Shown: positions 19,282 through 28,636 of the stretch, in pieces
How the letters are laid out: each line of letters starts with the position of its first letter
Position numbering within the stretch: position 1 is the first letter of the stretch
Assembly (NCBI GenBank): GCA_964544545.1
Contig: CAZJCG010000003.1
Span: 54,747 to 118,746 of the forward strand
From: an uncultured Lentimicrobiaceae bacterium
GTDB lineage: Bacteria; Bacteroidota; Bacteroidia; Bacteroidales; UBA4417
Direction: 5' to 3'
Length of the DNA stretch: 64,000 bases
Notes under the pieces: model-generated
What the model saw: only the letters and a program-made list of their open reading frames with translations
What the model was told of the DNA's origin: nothing
Database searches by the model: none
Program-made: the position numbers and the translations under genes

Positions 19282-20946
19282 ATGAATGACAGAATATCAA
19301 ATCTCTATATAGAGAATTTCAGAATATTGGCTGAGGGTAATACGTTTAATTTTAAGAGCTTGAATATCTACACAGGCGCTAATAATTCTGGTAAAAGCAC
19401 AGTATTTAAAGCCATCCGGTTATTCTCTGAGGGGATATCAAGATCCGATTTCCCTGCGTTGAACCTGATCACTGAGGAATACAATCTTGGGAGCTTCAAG
19501 GAAGTGAAAAACATAAATAGCGCAAATCAGTATTTCAAGTTCGGATATAATATTCAACTACCTAATATTGAAGAATATTTCAAGGTGCTCTATACTTTTG
19601 TTGATGGTTCTAAGGAAGACTTCCGTTTTCTGGAGAGTGCAATTTTTGAAAGTATGGAGATTATCAACTCAGATGGTGAGGTATTCTTTGGGATTTATAG
19701 ATCAACTGGTCTGGCAGAACGTGAGTCAACCAAAATAGAATTTCCATCGGACAAGGGAGATACCAGTATTATAAGATTTAGGCTAAGTATTGAGCTGCTC
19801 CGAAAATTCATAGAAAAGATTGCCGATGTGGATTATCGTGATTTATTGGTTCATTTGGGTAGAATTAGTTATGAGGATGGGTATTGGTGGGGAGAGTGTT
19901 TCAGCGAAAATGAATATTGTCTGATTGATTACGATGTCTCTCCGTTCTCCTTCCATGACTTTGAACAAGAGTTGTTATATGATTACTTCTTCAATTTGGC
20001 TAGTTATAGTTTGAAAGAAGCCCTCTATTCTGGCGAAAGCTCTGACCTGGAACGGGAGAATTATCAACTCCTGGTGGATGACTTGCATTACCAATCATTT
20101 ATTCACGAAGTACTCCGCCCAATACTTGAAGCTGTAAAATTTGAAAGTGTTGTGTTCAATAGTGTTAATGTGCAACATATACAACCAGATTTATTACAGG
20201 AGAGGCTTATCTTAAAAGATCATGGCAATGATTACCTGCTGATTCTATATCGTCTCCTTCCTGAATATCTGGCTTTTGTGAGAGAATCACTTGCAATGTT
20301 TGATATTGATGGAGTTATTGAAATAATACCTCATTTGAATTCAGCTTTTGAGGTGAATCTGATCACCGGGGTGAAGAAGATTCTCAAAGAAAGAAAGAAT
20401 CTAAGTAATTTTTCATTTGAACCTGGATATGATTCTTATATTACTAATCCCAGAATCAATATCGCCGAACTTGGCAAGGGGACTTCCAACCTGATCAAAC
20501 TTATCTTAAAAACACTATCGGTATTGATTTCAAGTGAGGAAGAAAAGGTGATCAGGGAAAGAATTCCGAATGAACAAGGCAGGAAGAAAAGTAGGATCAT
20601 TAAGAAAACCATCCTGGTTGAGGAACCGGAAGTGTTTCTACATCCAAGTTGGCAATCAAAATTGGTGGATTTTTTCACGTTGTGCCTGAACAAGTTTGAT
20701 GTTCAGTTCATTATTGAAACTCATAGTGCATACCTGATCCAGCGACTGCAAAGCCTGGTTGCCAAGGGTCAGTTTGATCCTCATAGTGCTTGTATCTTAT
20801 ACTTCAATTCTGTTAATGAGGCTGATAAATATTATGAGATCACTATCCGAAAGGACGGGATACTCAAAGAGCGATTTGGTACCGGATTTTACGATCAGGC
20901 AGCTATAATGACAGCAGATATTTTGAATGCCAATAGTGTAAATTGA
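19282..20946 (+). CDS. ABC/AAA_15-21-type ATPase (SMC-like split ATPase head)
   Basis: 554 aa. Walker A TGANNSGKST, Walker B/D-loop ILVEEPEVFLHPSWQ, H-loop IIETHSAYLIQ. About 350 aa are inserted between the two lobes. Confidence 0.85.
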   Translation: MNDRISNLYIENFRILAEGNTFNFKSLNIYTGANNSGKSTVFKAIRLFSEGISRSDFPALNLITEEYNLGSFKEVKNINSANQYFKFGYNIQLPNIEEYFKVLYTFVDGSKEDFRFLESAIFESMEIINSDGEVFFGIYRSTGLAERESTKIEFPSDKGDTSIIRFRLSIELLRKFIEKIADVDYRDLLVHLGRISYEDGYWWGECFSENEYCLIDYDVSPFSFHDFEQELLYDYFFNLASYSLKEALYSGESSDLERENYQLLVDDLHYQSFIHEVLRPILEAVKFESVVFNSVNVQHIQPDLLQERLILKDHGNDYLLILYRLLPEYLAFVRESLAMFDIDGVIEIIPHLNSAFEVNLITGVKKILKERKNLSNFSFEPGYDSYITNPRINIAELGKGTSNLIKLILKTLSVLISSEEEKVIRERIPNEQGRKKSRIIKKTILVEEPEVFLHPSWQSKLVDFFTLCLNKFDVQFIIETHSAYLIQRLQSLVAKGQFDPHSACILYFNSVNEADKYYEITIRKDGILKERFGTGFYDQAAIMTADILNANSVN

Positions 20947-21917
20947 TGTTAAGAGCACACCTTGATATTCAGATTCTTACAGATGCCTATCGGGCGTTTA
21001 TGAGCGATCCTATCAGGCAGCCGAAAGATTTCATCGATTTTGCGAAAAGAGGCTGTGATTTGACACTGTATGGCAAACCCGATGATACAGAACTGACATT
21101 GCTTTCTGCATTTCTGGAAGGACGAGGTGATTCCGGGATATGGTCCATACCTCACAAATATGTAGATGCAGCTAGAAGAATAGAGCGCACAATCCCTTAT
21201 CAAGTCTTTTTCGTTGATATTTCTGATCCGGAAGAAAGAAAAAAGGAAAATCAGCGGAATCCATTCCTTTGTGCTTATCTGGATGACTACCGGGAAGCAT
21301 ATAAGCGTTTATCAGATAACAGGTATCTCAGAGTAAATGATCCTAAAGCTAAAGCTGAATTTAAAGCCTGGGATGATATTTTGCCTGATTTACCTGTTAC
21401 GGATATAATAATCTCTGATCCATATATATTTAAGCTAAATCAAGAATATAACCCAGTTGACGAGAACTTCTTCAAATTATTGCAAAGCTTAAAAGAGAGA
21501 TACTCTCTCAGAAGCTTATTGGTTTTTAGCCAAGAAATTGAGCCTCAACTCAAAAACTTATTGATAGAGGAAAGCAAGAATATCCTGGGCAAGAAAGTAT
21601 TATTCCGGATTATTCCATTTAGAAGAAGTATTGAGCACGATAGATATATGTTCATGAATTACAGCTACCTTAACTCAGGGAGTTCGTTCAATTATTTTAA
21701 CCCAGAAGGGAAAGTTTATGTAAAGAAAGCGAGTAAGATGGAATTCTGTCCTTACTCGAATCCCAGGAATTTCGAAATTGCACAGGAAGTTTTGGGTTCA
21801 CTCTACCAAGAATTCAGGAGAATGAAGGAGAATGGGGCTATACCCAGTTACATCGATAGCGGCTTATTTTGCTTTTTCAAAAATGTTGACACAATTCAGG
21901 AAAGTAATCCATCATGA
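20946..21917 (+). CDS. Hypothetical protein with a degenerate HKD/PLD-like motif; partner of the ATPase
   Basis: 323 aa counted from ATG 20946 (the track starts at TTG 20943). The start overlaps the ATPase stop as TGATG. Motifs: DIIISDPYIF and EHDRYMFMNYSYLNSGSSFNYF, i.e. H-x-R-x4-N-x6-G-S-x2-N. Confidence 0.6.
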   Translation: MLRAHLDIQILTDAYRAFMSDPIRQPKDFIDFAKRGCDLTLYGKPDDTELTLLSAFLEGRGDSGIWSIPHKYVDAARRIERTIPYQVFFVDISDPEERKKENQRNPFLCAYLDDYREAYKRLSDNRYLRVNDPKAKAEFKAWDDILPDLPVTDIIISDPYIFKLNQEYNPVDENFFKLLQSLKERYSLRSLLVFSQEIEPQLKNLLIEESKNILGKKVLFRIIPFRRSIEHDRYMFMNYSYLNSGSSFNYFNPEGKVYVKKASKMEFCPYSNPRNFEIAQEVLGSLYQEFRRMKENGAIPSYIDSGLFCFFKNVDTIQESNPS

Positions 21918-21952
21918 TGTTGTGTAATGAGAGTATCCAATTAAAGTAACCT

Positions 21953-22453
21953 ATGACAAGCATAAAAGTAGGTCTTCTCCCGGTAATTAGTCCCAACACA
22001 GAAATTCTGGTTCTTGGTAGTCTTCCTAGTGATATTTCCATTCGAAAAAGCGAGTACTATGCTAACCCTAAGAACCAGTTCTGGCGTATAATCTATGGTA
22101 TATTCGAACAACAGTCGAAGGTTTTTACTTACGAGAGGAAAATTGATTTATTGCTCTCCAATCGAATAGGGTTGTGGGATGTGTTAAATGAAGCCTTGCG
22201 AGAAGGTAGCCTGGACAGTAATATTAAGTCGGGAGTTGTAAATGATATTGGGGATTTGTTGAAATCATTTCCTGCTATTAAGAAACTGGTATTCAATGGG
22301 AAAAAGGCTTTTCAACTTTTTGAATCGAATTTTGGGCAACTACCCGGAGTCATAAAGGCAATTGCACCTTCTTCAAGTTCAGCAAATACAACTATGTCAA
22401 TAGAAGGGAAAATCAAAGAGTGGAAGAGACTCCTAAAACCAAATATTGAATAA
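21953..22453 (+). CDS. UDG-superfamily DNA glycosylase, family 6 (deoxyinosine/hypoxanthine-DNA glycosylase-like)
   Basis: 166 aa. ILVLGSLPSDISIRKSEYYANPKNQFWRII and IAPSSSSAN match my recollection of the hypoxanthine-DNA glycosylase family motifs. Confidence 0.7.
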   Translation: MTSIKVGLLPVISPNTEILVLGSLPSDISIRKSEYYANPKNQFWRIIYGIFEQQSKVFTYERKIDLLLSNRIGLWDVLNEALREGSLDSNIKSGVVNDIGDLLKSFPAIKKLVFNGKKAFQLFESNFGQLPGVIKAIAPSSSSANTTMSIEGKIKEWKRLLKPNIE

Positions 22454-22492
22454 TTTCGAGTCAAATCTATTTCAAAAAACAATAGTGTATAA

Positions 22493-23665
22493 ATGATTGC
22501 TCTTAATATTGAGCGGCTTCGGGAATCGCTCGCAAGATATGCACAATACTGTGAAGAATCTGGATGGGTGCAGGGAGAGACATATAAATTCTTTTTTTCC
22601 AACTGGCTTAATCAGAGAGTTGATCTGAAATCACAAACTGCTCATGATGTATTGTCGCTATGCCTGCAATCCATGAAGGAGAAGTATTCCGGGCACGACC
22701 GGGGCATTCAGTTCATCATTCGAGGAGCCAGGCAAAAACTGAGTGAGCCAATTTCTCTTGCGGATACTGAACTATTCAAACAGCTTAGCTCACAGGGTGA
22801 TGTTACTCCTATTGCCAGTTATAACAGGGGCATGAGTTATCCAGTCCTTACCGCATGGCTTGGTACACTATTCCCAGAGAAATTTGTTTGTGTATCCTCA
22901 ACCGAGTTTACAACTTCAATTAAGTATCTATTCAACACGGAGATCCCGGATAGAGGTTTAGATTTCTTCTGGAAGTCTCAGGAATATTTTACAACGCTTA
23001 AGCAAGCCCTTAAAGATTCTGATGTCCCTCCATATTATCTGCCTCAGATCAACAAGTACCTGAAGCTGCAATTCCCGGATCTGCCTGAAAAGAGAAAATA
23101 TGATGAAGCAGACTGGAATTGGGCAACTGAGGATTTTGCACTATTTATTGTGAGAAAAGTATTGGATATAAACGTCCCCAGGAGGAGAAAACGCAAGGAA
23201 CCAAGAGGAGATATATCTATAAATCCCGCTCTTACCAATGAATTAGCCGAAAATGAGCAGATTGGAACACTTGATGACCTGTTACGTATTGATTTGAAGT
23301 ATCGAGATGCGGCGCCTGAAGTGAAAGAGTATATCAGTAAGAGAATAGAGCGTGGCTCAATTTCTGAGCGTTTTAAAGAATTTGCAGGTTTCAAATGTAT
23401 GATTTGCGATAGTATGGGGGAAAACCCATATTCTTTCGACAAGCCAAATGGTAAACCTTACATCGAAGTGCACCATGTAATTCCTGTTTCATCGCTTCAG
23501 ACGGGTAGCCTCTCCACAGCAAATCTGATAACTGTGTGTGCGAATCACCACAGGCAACTCCATTATGGAGTTTGCGAGTTAAGCGGTTTTGATGATAATA
23601 AGATAGTGTTCAAATTAGATGATAAAACCTGTGTGATCAAGAAATTAAGATGGGTTGGTAGGTAA
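22493..23665 (+). CDS. HNH endonuclease-domain protein with an uncharacterised ~280-aa N-terminal region
   Basis: 390 aa. C-terminal FKCMICDS...YIEVHHVIPVS...NLITVCANHHRQLHYG is an HNH beta-beta-alpha-Me motif with Cys pairs. Confidence 0.8.
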   Translation: MIALNIERLRESLARYAQYCEESGWVQGETYKFFFSNWLNQRVDLKSQTAHDVLSLCLQSMKEKYSGHDRGIQFIIRGARQKLSEPISLADTELFKQLSSQGDVTPIASYNRGMSYPVLTAWLGTLFPEKFVCVSSTEFTTSIKYLFNTEIPDRGLDFFWKSQEYFTTLKQALKDSDVPPYYLPQINKYLKLQFPDLPEKRKYDEADWNWATEDFALFIVRKVLDINVPRRRKRKEPRGDISINPALTNELAENEQIGTLDDLLRIDLKYRDAAPEVKEYISKRIERGSISERFKEFAGFKCMICDSMGENPYSFDKPNGKPYIEVHHVIPVSSLQTGSLSTANLITVCANHHRQLHYGVCELSGFDDNKIVFKLDDKTCVIKKLRWVGR

Positions 23666-23924
23666 TGCCAATCTGATCAGAGAATTAACCATTTCTTGAA
23701 AATATCATCAACAAGTTTTCGCATAGCCAATGGAATTAGTATAAATAACTTTATCGTGTTGTTATGGATCATCAGCAAAGTGCTCTTCAAGATCATTGTA
23801 ATTAGCCAGGAATGTCAAAGATTTTAACTTTTTAAGTAAGAGCGAAAACTGGAGCTTGGGCAATGCATTGGATTGATATATAGCTGAATATAAAGTCAAG
23901 TATTGATTAGATTACATCATTAAG

Positions 23925-25172
23925 ATGAAGATTAAAATATATCGTGGAACTGAAGAGATAGGAGGTACCTGTATAGAATTAAAAGCCGACAATGGTAAAA
24001 TTCTATGGTTAGATCTGGGAATTCCACTGAACTCATCAAATCCAGACATAAGTTATAGCAAAAATCCGCTAGATGCTTTGTTGATCTCCCATCCCCATCA
24101 GGACCATTACGGGTTAATGGAGAGTTTAGACCCTGTTATACCTGTTTACATGGGTCAGATTTCACTTGATTTGATTAATACCACAAGACGATTTCTTGGA
24201 TTAGGTCCCTTGAAGAATACGATATATGCAATCCATGCATGGAGTAGCTTTACCATTGCAGCTACCTTCCGGGTTTATCCTTACCTTGTTGACCATTCCT
24301 CTCCTGAAGCATTTGCTTTTATGATTGAAGTGGATGGGAAACGGATTTTTTATACGGGGGACCTTCGGTCTTCAGGAAGAAAGGGTAAATTGTTCGACAG
24401 GATCATCAGCAATCCTCCTAAAGACATTGACCTCTTATTGACAGAGGGAACAATGATTGAACGGAGAGCTCAGAAATATGAAACAGAGGAGCAAGTTGAA
24501 AAAGCAATTACCGATATTGTAGTCAATCAGCAAAACCTTACCTATGTTGTTAGTGCTGCTCAGAATATTGACAGGTTTTGTTCTGTGTTCAATGCATGCA
24601 GGGCAGGCAAGAAGATGCTGGTGATAGATGTTTATTCTGCTTTTCTCCTGGAAATTGTCGGGCGAAAATCAGACCGCTTACCTACCGTAGCGGCAAACAG
24701 AATCCTTGTTTACGCATCTGAATCTCAAATGGATAAAATAGCTTCTCCTGAATTTGATGAATTCAGGCGCAAAATCAAGTTGAAGACTCCCCATAATGGA
24801 GTATTTGTCAAACCCGAGAAGTTCGTGTATTTTGTCAGGGTTCCGAACGAGAAAATGATAGACAAAATGAGGCATAAGGGTGAGATTAATCTTATCTACT
24901 CGCAATGGTTGGGATACCTGGAGGATGAAAATAGGAATCCTGCTTCTAACTTGATCAACAAATTAAGAGGTGAAGGGAAAGTCAGGTTCCATCACATTCA
25001 TACCAGCGGACATGCAAGCCTGGAGGAAATTGTAGAATTGGCAAAAGCTATAAGTCCCACTCTGACCGTCCCAATTCATACTGACAATCCGGAAAAAGTC
25101 AGATCATTATTCGCCAATTCCGGGCTGATGAATGTTGACCTTCGCACTGATAGACAAGAATTTACTATATAA
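23925..25172 (+). CDS. MBL-fold beta-CASP-type nuclease (RNase J/CPSF-like, short form)
   Basis: 415 aa. Motifs LISHPHQDHYG (HxHxDH), LVDHS, FYTGDLR, LLTEGT (beta-CASP motif A-like), HIHTSGHAS (motif C-like) and VPIHTD. Confidence 0.8.
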   Translation: MKIKIYRGTEEIGGTCIELKADNGKILWLDLGIPLNSSNPDISYSKNPLDALLISHPHQDHYGLMESLDPVIPVYMGQISLDLINTTRRFLGLGPLKNTIYAIHAWSSFTIAATFRVYPYLVDHSSPEAFAFMIEVDGKRIFYTGDLRSSGRKGKLFDRIISNPPKDIDLLLTEGTMIERRAQKYETEEQVEKAITDIVVNQQNLTYVVSAAQNIDRFCSVFNACRAGKKMLVIDVYSAFLLEIVGRKSDRLPTVAANRILVYASESQMDKIASPEFDEFRRKIKLKTPHNGVFVKPEKFVYFVRVPNEKMIDKMRHKGEINLIYSQWLGYLEDENRNPASNLINKLRGEGKVRFHHIHTSGHASLEEIVELAKAISPTLTVPIHTDNPEKVRSLFANSGLMNVDLRTDRQEFTI

Positions 25173-25198
25173 TTCCAAATTCAAATACTTGCTACAAA

Positions 25199-26023
25199 AT
25201 GATTCAACGCTACTTTGATCCACAGACTTTTTCAGCAATCAAGCAGGATTTTAAATTTTTGCCCGCTGTCCTTGAGAAATACTTCGGGGAAATTGAGTTC
25301 TCGATCCGTGATAATTATTTCAACCTCTATTTCAAAGGGAACAGCCTTTCCAAGGTTAAGTATCTGGGTAATAATACTTATGAAGTATCGATAAATAAGA
25401 AGTTCTTTGAGAAAAGCCGATTGAATAAAGATCCAAGATTTACTTTTATTGATAAAAAGGACTATCAGGTTTGTAAAGTTGGATCGAAGTTATTGCATCC
25501 CTTATTCCAAAAAAGCAATATTGATAGTTTGTGTTCTCAGATCCGAGATGTCAATAATGGAGAAGAGATAGGTTTTGAACAGGCAATTATAACAGACAAC
25601 CTAAATAACCCGGTATTTTTTATTATCGATAGACAAATCACTGATAGCGAGTTGAAAAGAAAGCGAATTGATTTGCTTGCCTTGAAGCAGATACAGGATG
25701 ATAATTACAAATTCGTAGTCATTGAAGTGAAGTTGGGAAAGAATAGTGAACTAGAGTATGATGTGTATAATCAATTATATCAGTATGTTAATCACATCAA
25801 AGCCCATATTCTTGAATATAGAGATTGTTATGAAGTTTACTATCGTCAAAAAAAGGAACTTGGATTAATTTCCCTGCCATATAACAGCATATCTATCGAT
25901 GACCAGGATGTGGAAGGTAGGGTAGTGGTTGGAGGGTATTCTAATTTGGCTGATAAATACATAGCTTGCCTAAAAGCAAAATCTAATATTAATATTGTCC
26001 AATTCAGGTACGAATTAAAATAA
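25199..26023 (+). CDS. PD-(D/E)xK (RecB/Cas4-like) nuclease-fold protein
   Basis: 274 aa. GFEQAI (E127), RIDLLAL (D158), FVVIEVKLG (E176-x-K178), then NQLYQY (QxxxY). Starts 26 bp downstream of the MBL gene. Confidence 0.6.
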   Translation: MIQRYFDPQTFSAIKQDFKFLPAVLEKYFGEIEFSIRDNYFNLYFKGNSLSKVKYLGNNTYEVSINKKFFEKSRLNKDPRFTFIDKKDYQVCKVGSKLLHPLFQKSNIDSLCSQIRDVNNGEEIGFEQAIITDNLNNPVFFIIDRQITDSELKRKRIDLLALKQIQDDNYKFVVIEVKLGKNSELEYDVYNQLYQYVNHIKAHILEYRDCYEVYYRQKKELGLISLPYNSISIDDQDVEGRVVVGGYSNLADKYIACLKAKSNINIVQFRYELK

Positions 26024-26141
26024 TGAATTCCGTTTGATCATTATCGAGTTGAAAACTATTGGATAGCAAGAGAATATGGACAGCAAAATTGTTTGCAAGT
26101 GATGTTGTTGAAAAACTGTCCATGTCTTGCAACTTTAGAAC

Positions 26142-27490
26142 TTAATTATTTCTTTTAGACTTGATGACAGCCTTCAGGCTTTCCATAGTAATACCTGACT
26201 GGTGAATTGACATTGTCTGAGTGAAGATACGGATTAAGCGATCAAGAATTAGGGGGTCTGTAATCCCGGAAGCGTATCGGATAAATTCATCGAGGAACTC
26301 ATCGAGTCTCCTTGGAAACGGAACTTGTTGGTTCAGGTAGTGGGAATACTTGCTCTTGATAAGTTCAAATTCAAATTCGTAGTATGGCAAAGCCTTCTCA
26401 ATTATGATCCTAAATTCATCAATGCCCTTTTGCTTTATATAACTATCAGGATCAGTCTTGTTCCCTCCCAGACTATCAAGTGTTGCTACATAAATCCTGG
26501 AAGCATTTTCAGATAGTAGTAGTTTGATGGCTGCAGATATCCGCTTTGCTGTCAACATCTCATTGGCAGATTCCCTGTCAAAACAGAGGGTAAAGCTTTT
26601 AGCTCCCCGGGCAAGGGAATCTCTGATTTGTTCAGAACTGATCGTACTTCCTGCCAAAGCCACCACATTATCCATTCCCTTTGCAGTAGCATGCAGGCAA
26701 TCCAGTTCACCCTCAACAATAACAATATCTTTTTCACCCTTAAGAGGTGAAAGGTTGAAGAATCCGCTACTTTTATCCAAACCAGTAGAATTCAGGTATT
26801 TTGGTGAATGAGTTCCTATGGTTCTGAATTTAAATCCTTTAATTATTCCACCCACCCTATATGGTATGGTGAGTTTATGAGTGGTTCCAATCCCTTTATG
26901 CAATTTTATTATATCCTGTATTTTTTCTTTTTCAAAGCCTGTTTTATTCTTACTGTCAGATAGGTATGCAAAAAGTTTCTGTTGGCTTGGAATGTAACCA
27001 AGCTCCATGATTTCCCCCTCTTCATGGGTGTAGCCTCTTGAGATAGGTAAGTTCGAACAGCATCAGCTTCTTTGCCAGGTGTATGTCCAAGACACCATTT
27101 GAAATATGCATTACACGACTCAAGTATTGATGCCTGTTCTTTGAATTTCAGGTATGCCAACTTGTCGTATTCCTGATTTCCCGGAAGCTGGATTCCAGAA
27201 ATCTCTGTAAGTTTTTTCACTGCCTGAATGAAATCAGTCCGATCCCTTCTCATCACGTAATCAACCAGGCTGAGCCTTTCACCGCCCTGTTCAAAAATGA
27301 AAGCAGGAGCTGTTTTTAAGATCGCAGTCTTATTTTTTCGGTCCTTGTGCGGAGTACCGTCCAGATATGTCTTGCTTCCCCATCCCCAGGTAAACTTGTT
27401 AAAGTTGTGTTCTGGAAATAGTTGAGGAATATGAGGGAACAGAGAAGGTATTAAATCATCCTTAATCCAATCAGTGATTGAAATGGTCAT
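26142..27490 (-). pseudogene. Toprim-domain primase-like gene split by a frameshift (ORFs 26909..27490 and 26142..27008)
   Basis: The downstream ORF has a Toprim block DIVIVEGELDCLHATAKGMDNVVALAGS. Its frame stays open upstream of its Met as NLPISRGYTHEEGEIMELGYIP. The upstream ORF reads ...ADAVRTYLSQ at the same place, so a single-base indel near 27040..27050 would fuse them. Confidence 0.7.
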
Positions 27491-27752
27491 TTGCTAGTCC
27501 AGTTTCATAGTTTGAGGAATGAACAAAAATAACATCTCGATTATTACATAATTGACTTGTCTTATATAATTATTAGATTTATTTGTAAAAAAAATTAAGA
27601 TGACAATATAGATCGCCATGAAGATATGGTTGATAAGCCGTTGTATATCAAGGTGGTTTGTTTGATTCTTTCCTGTGTTTATGTAACTATTTGACTGACA
27701 TTATTGAGGGTTAAATGAAAAGCTACATTGACAGAATACCCTTAATCAAATT

Positions 27753-28610
27753 TCACCTCAGCATACGCCGGTAGTCTACTTTTTTCAATTCGATGAGTGG
27801 AATAATTTCATCATGTAGTTGCTTAACGATCATAGTGATTTTTGTTTTCCTTCTTGTTTTTTGTATGATTCGAATTTTCGAGGCTTCATTCCCAAAGGCT
27901 TTATAAAGACTTTGTCGAATGTTTGGAACAGGACTACTGAGCTCTTGGATTAACAGAAAATGAGGTCGGGTCTTCAGATATCCTTCCGATTCCGCTTCAT
28001 GTTTGAGTTCACAGGCACGAGTCAATTTGTAACCTAACAAATTAGCAATCCCTTGGTTTGAGTATCCAAAGTATGGCAAAACAATATCCTGCTGACTATA
28101 AGAATCCGGCATGTCTTGTGATGCAACACCCCTTATAATGGTTGCGGACTTTCCCGGTTTCTCTATAGTCTTGATTTTGAGAATGCCATTCTTCGCTTTT
28201 TGAGTATAACAGTAGAACTGTGTCTTTATTCCTGCCGAAATTACAGCAGAGGACAAGAAAGCGCGAAAACTATCAAGATTTTCATGCTTAATAGTGACCG
28301 ATATACGCTTATAGAATATTTCCCTTTTACGGAACCATGACCATGAACGGAGATAGTACATGCACTTTGCCGAGTCGTAGCTTATCCACCCTTTTAAAGC
28401 AAGATTGTTGAGATGCTTTAGAACTGTCCTGGACTGTAAGCATGAATGGGAACATATTTTATCAAACTCTGGACTTCTCCGATGAAACCTTCCTGGCGTT
28501 AGCATTTTTGCGACAACAAACACCTTAAATTCGGAAACACAGTCTTGATTGAAGATAAGACTGATCAGTTGAATTGGAATGGTGATCGGATGAAGTTCCT
28601 TGCTTTTCAT
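27753..28610 (-). CDS. Hypothetical protein, possible winged-helix DNA-binding protein
   Basis: 285 aa. QSRTVLKHLNNLALKGWISY looks like a wHTH recognition segment. No family recognised. Confidence 0.5.
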   Translation of the reverse strand: MKSKELHPITIPIQLISLIFNQDCVSEFKVFVVAKMLTPGRFHRRSPEFDKICSHSCLQSRTVLKHLNNLALKGWISYDSAKCMYYLRSWSWFRKREIFYKRISVTIKHENLDSFRAFLSSAVISAGIKTQFYCYTQKAKNGILKIKTIEKPGKSATIIRGVASQDMPDSYSQQDIVLPYFGYSNQGIANLLGYKLTRACELKHEAESEGYLKTRPHFLLIQELSSPVPNIRQSLYKAFGNEASKIRIIQKTRRKTKITMIVKQLHDEIIPLIELKKVDYRRMLR

Positions 28611-28636
28611 AGCATGAGAGTCAAAAACAGTAAGGC

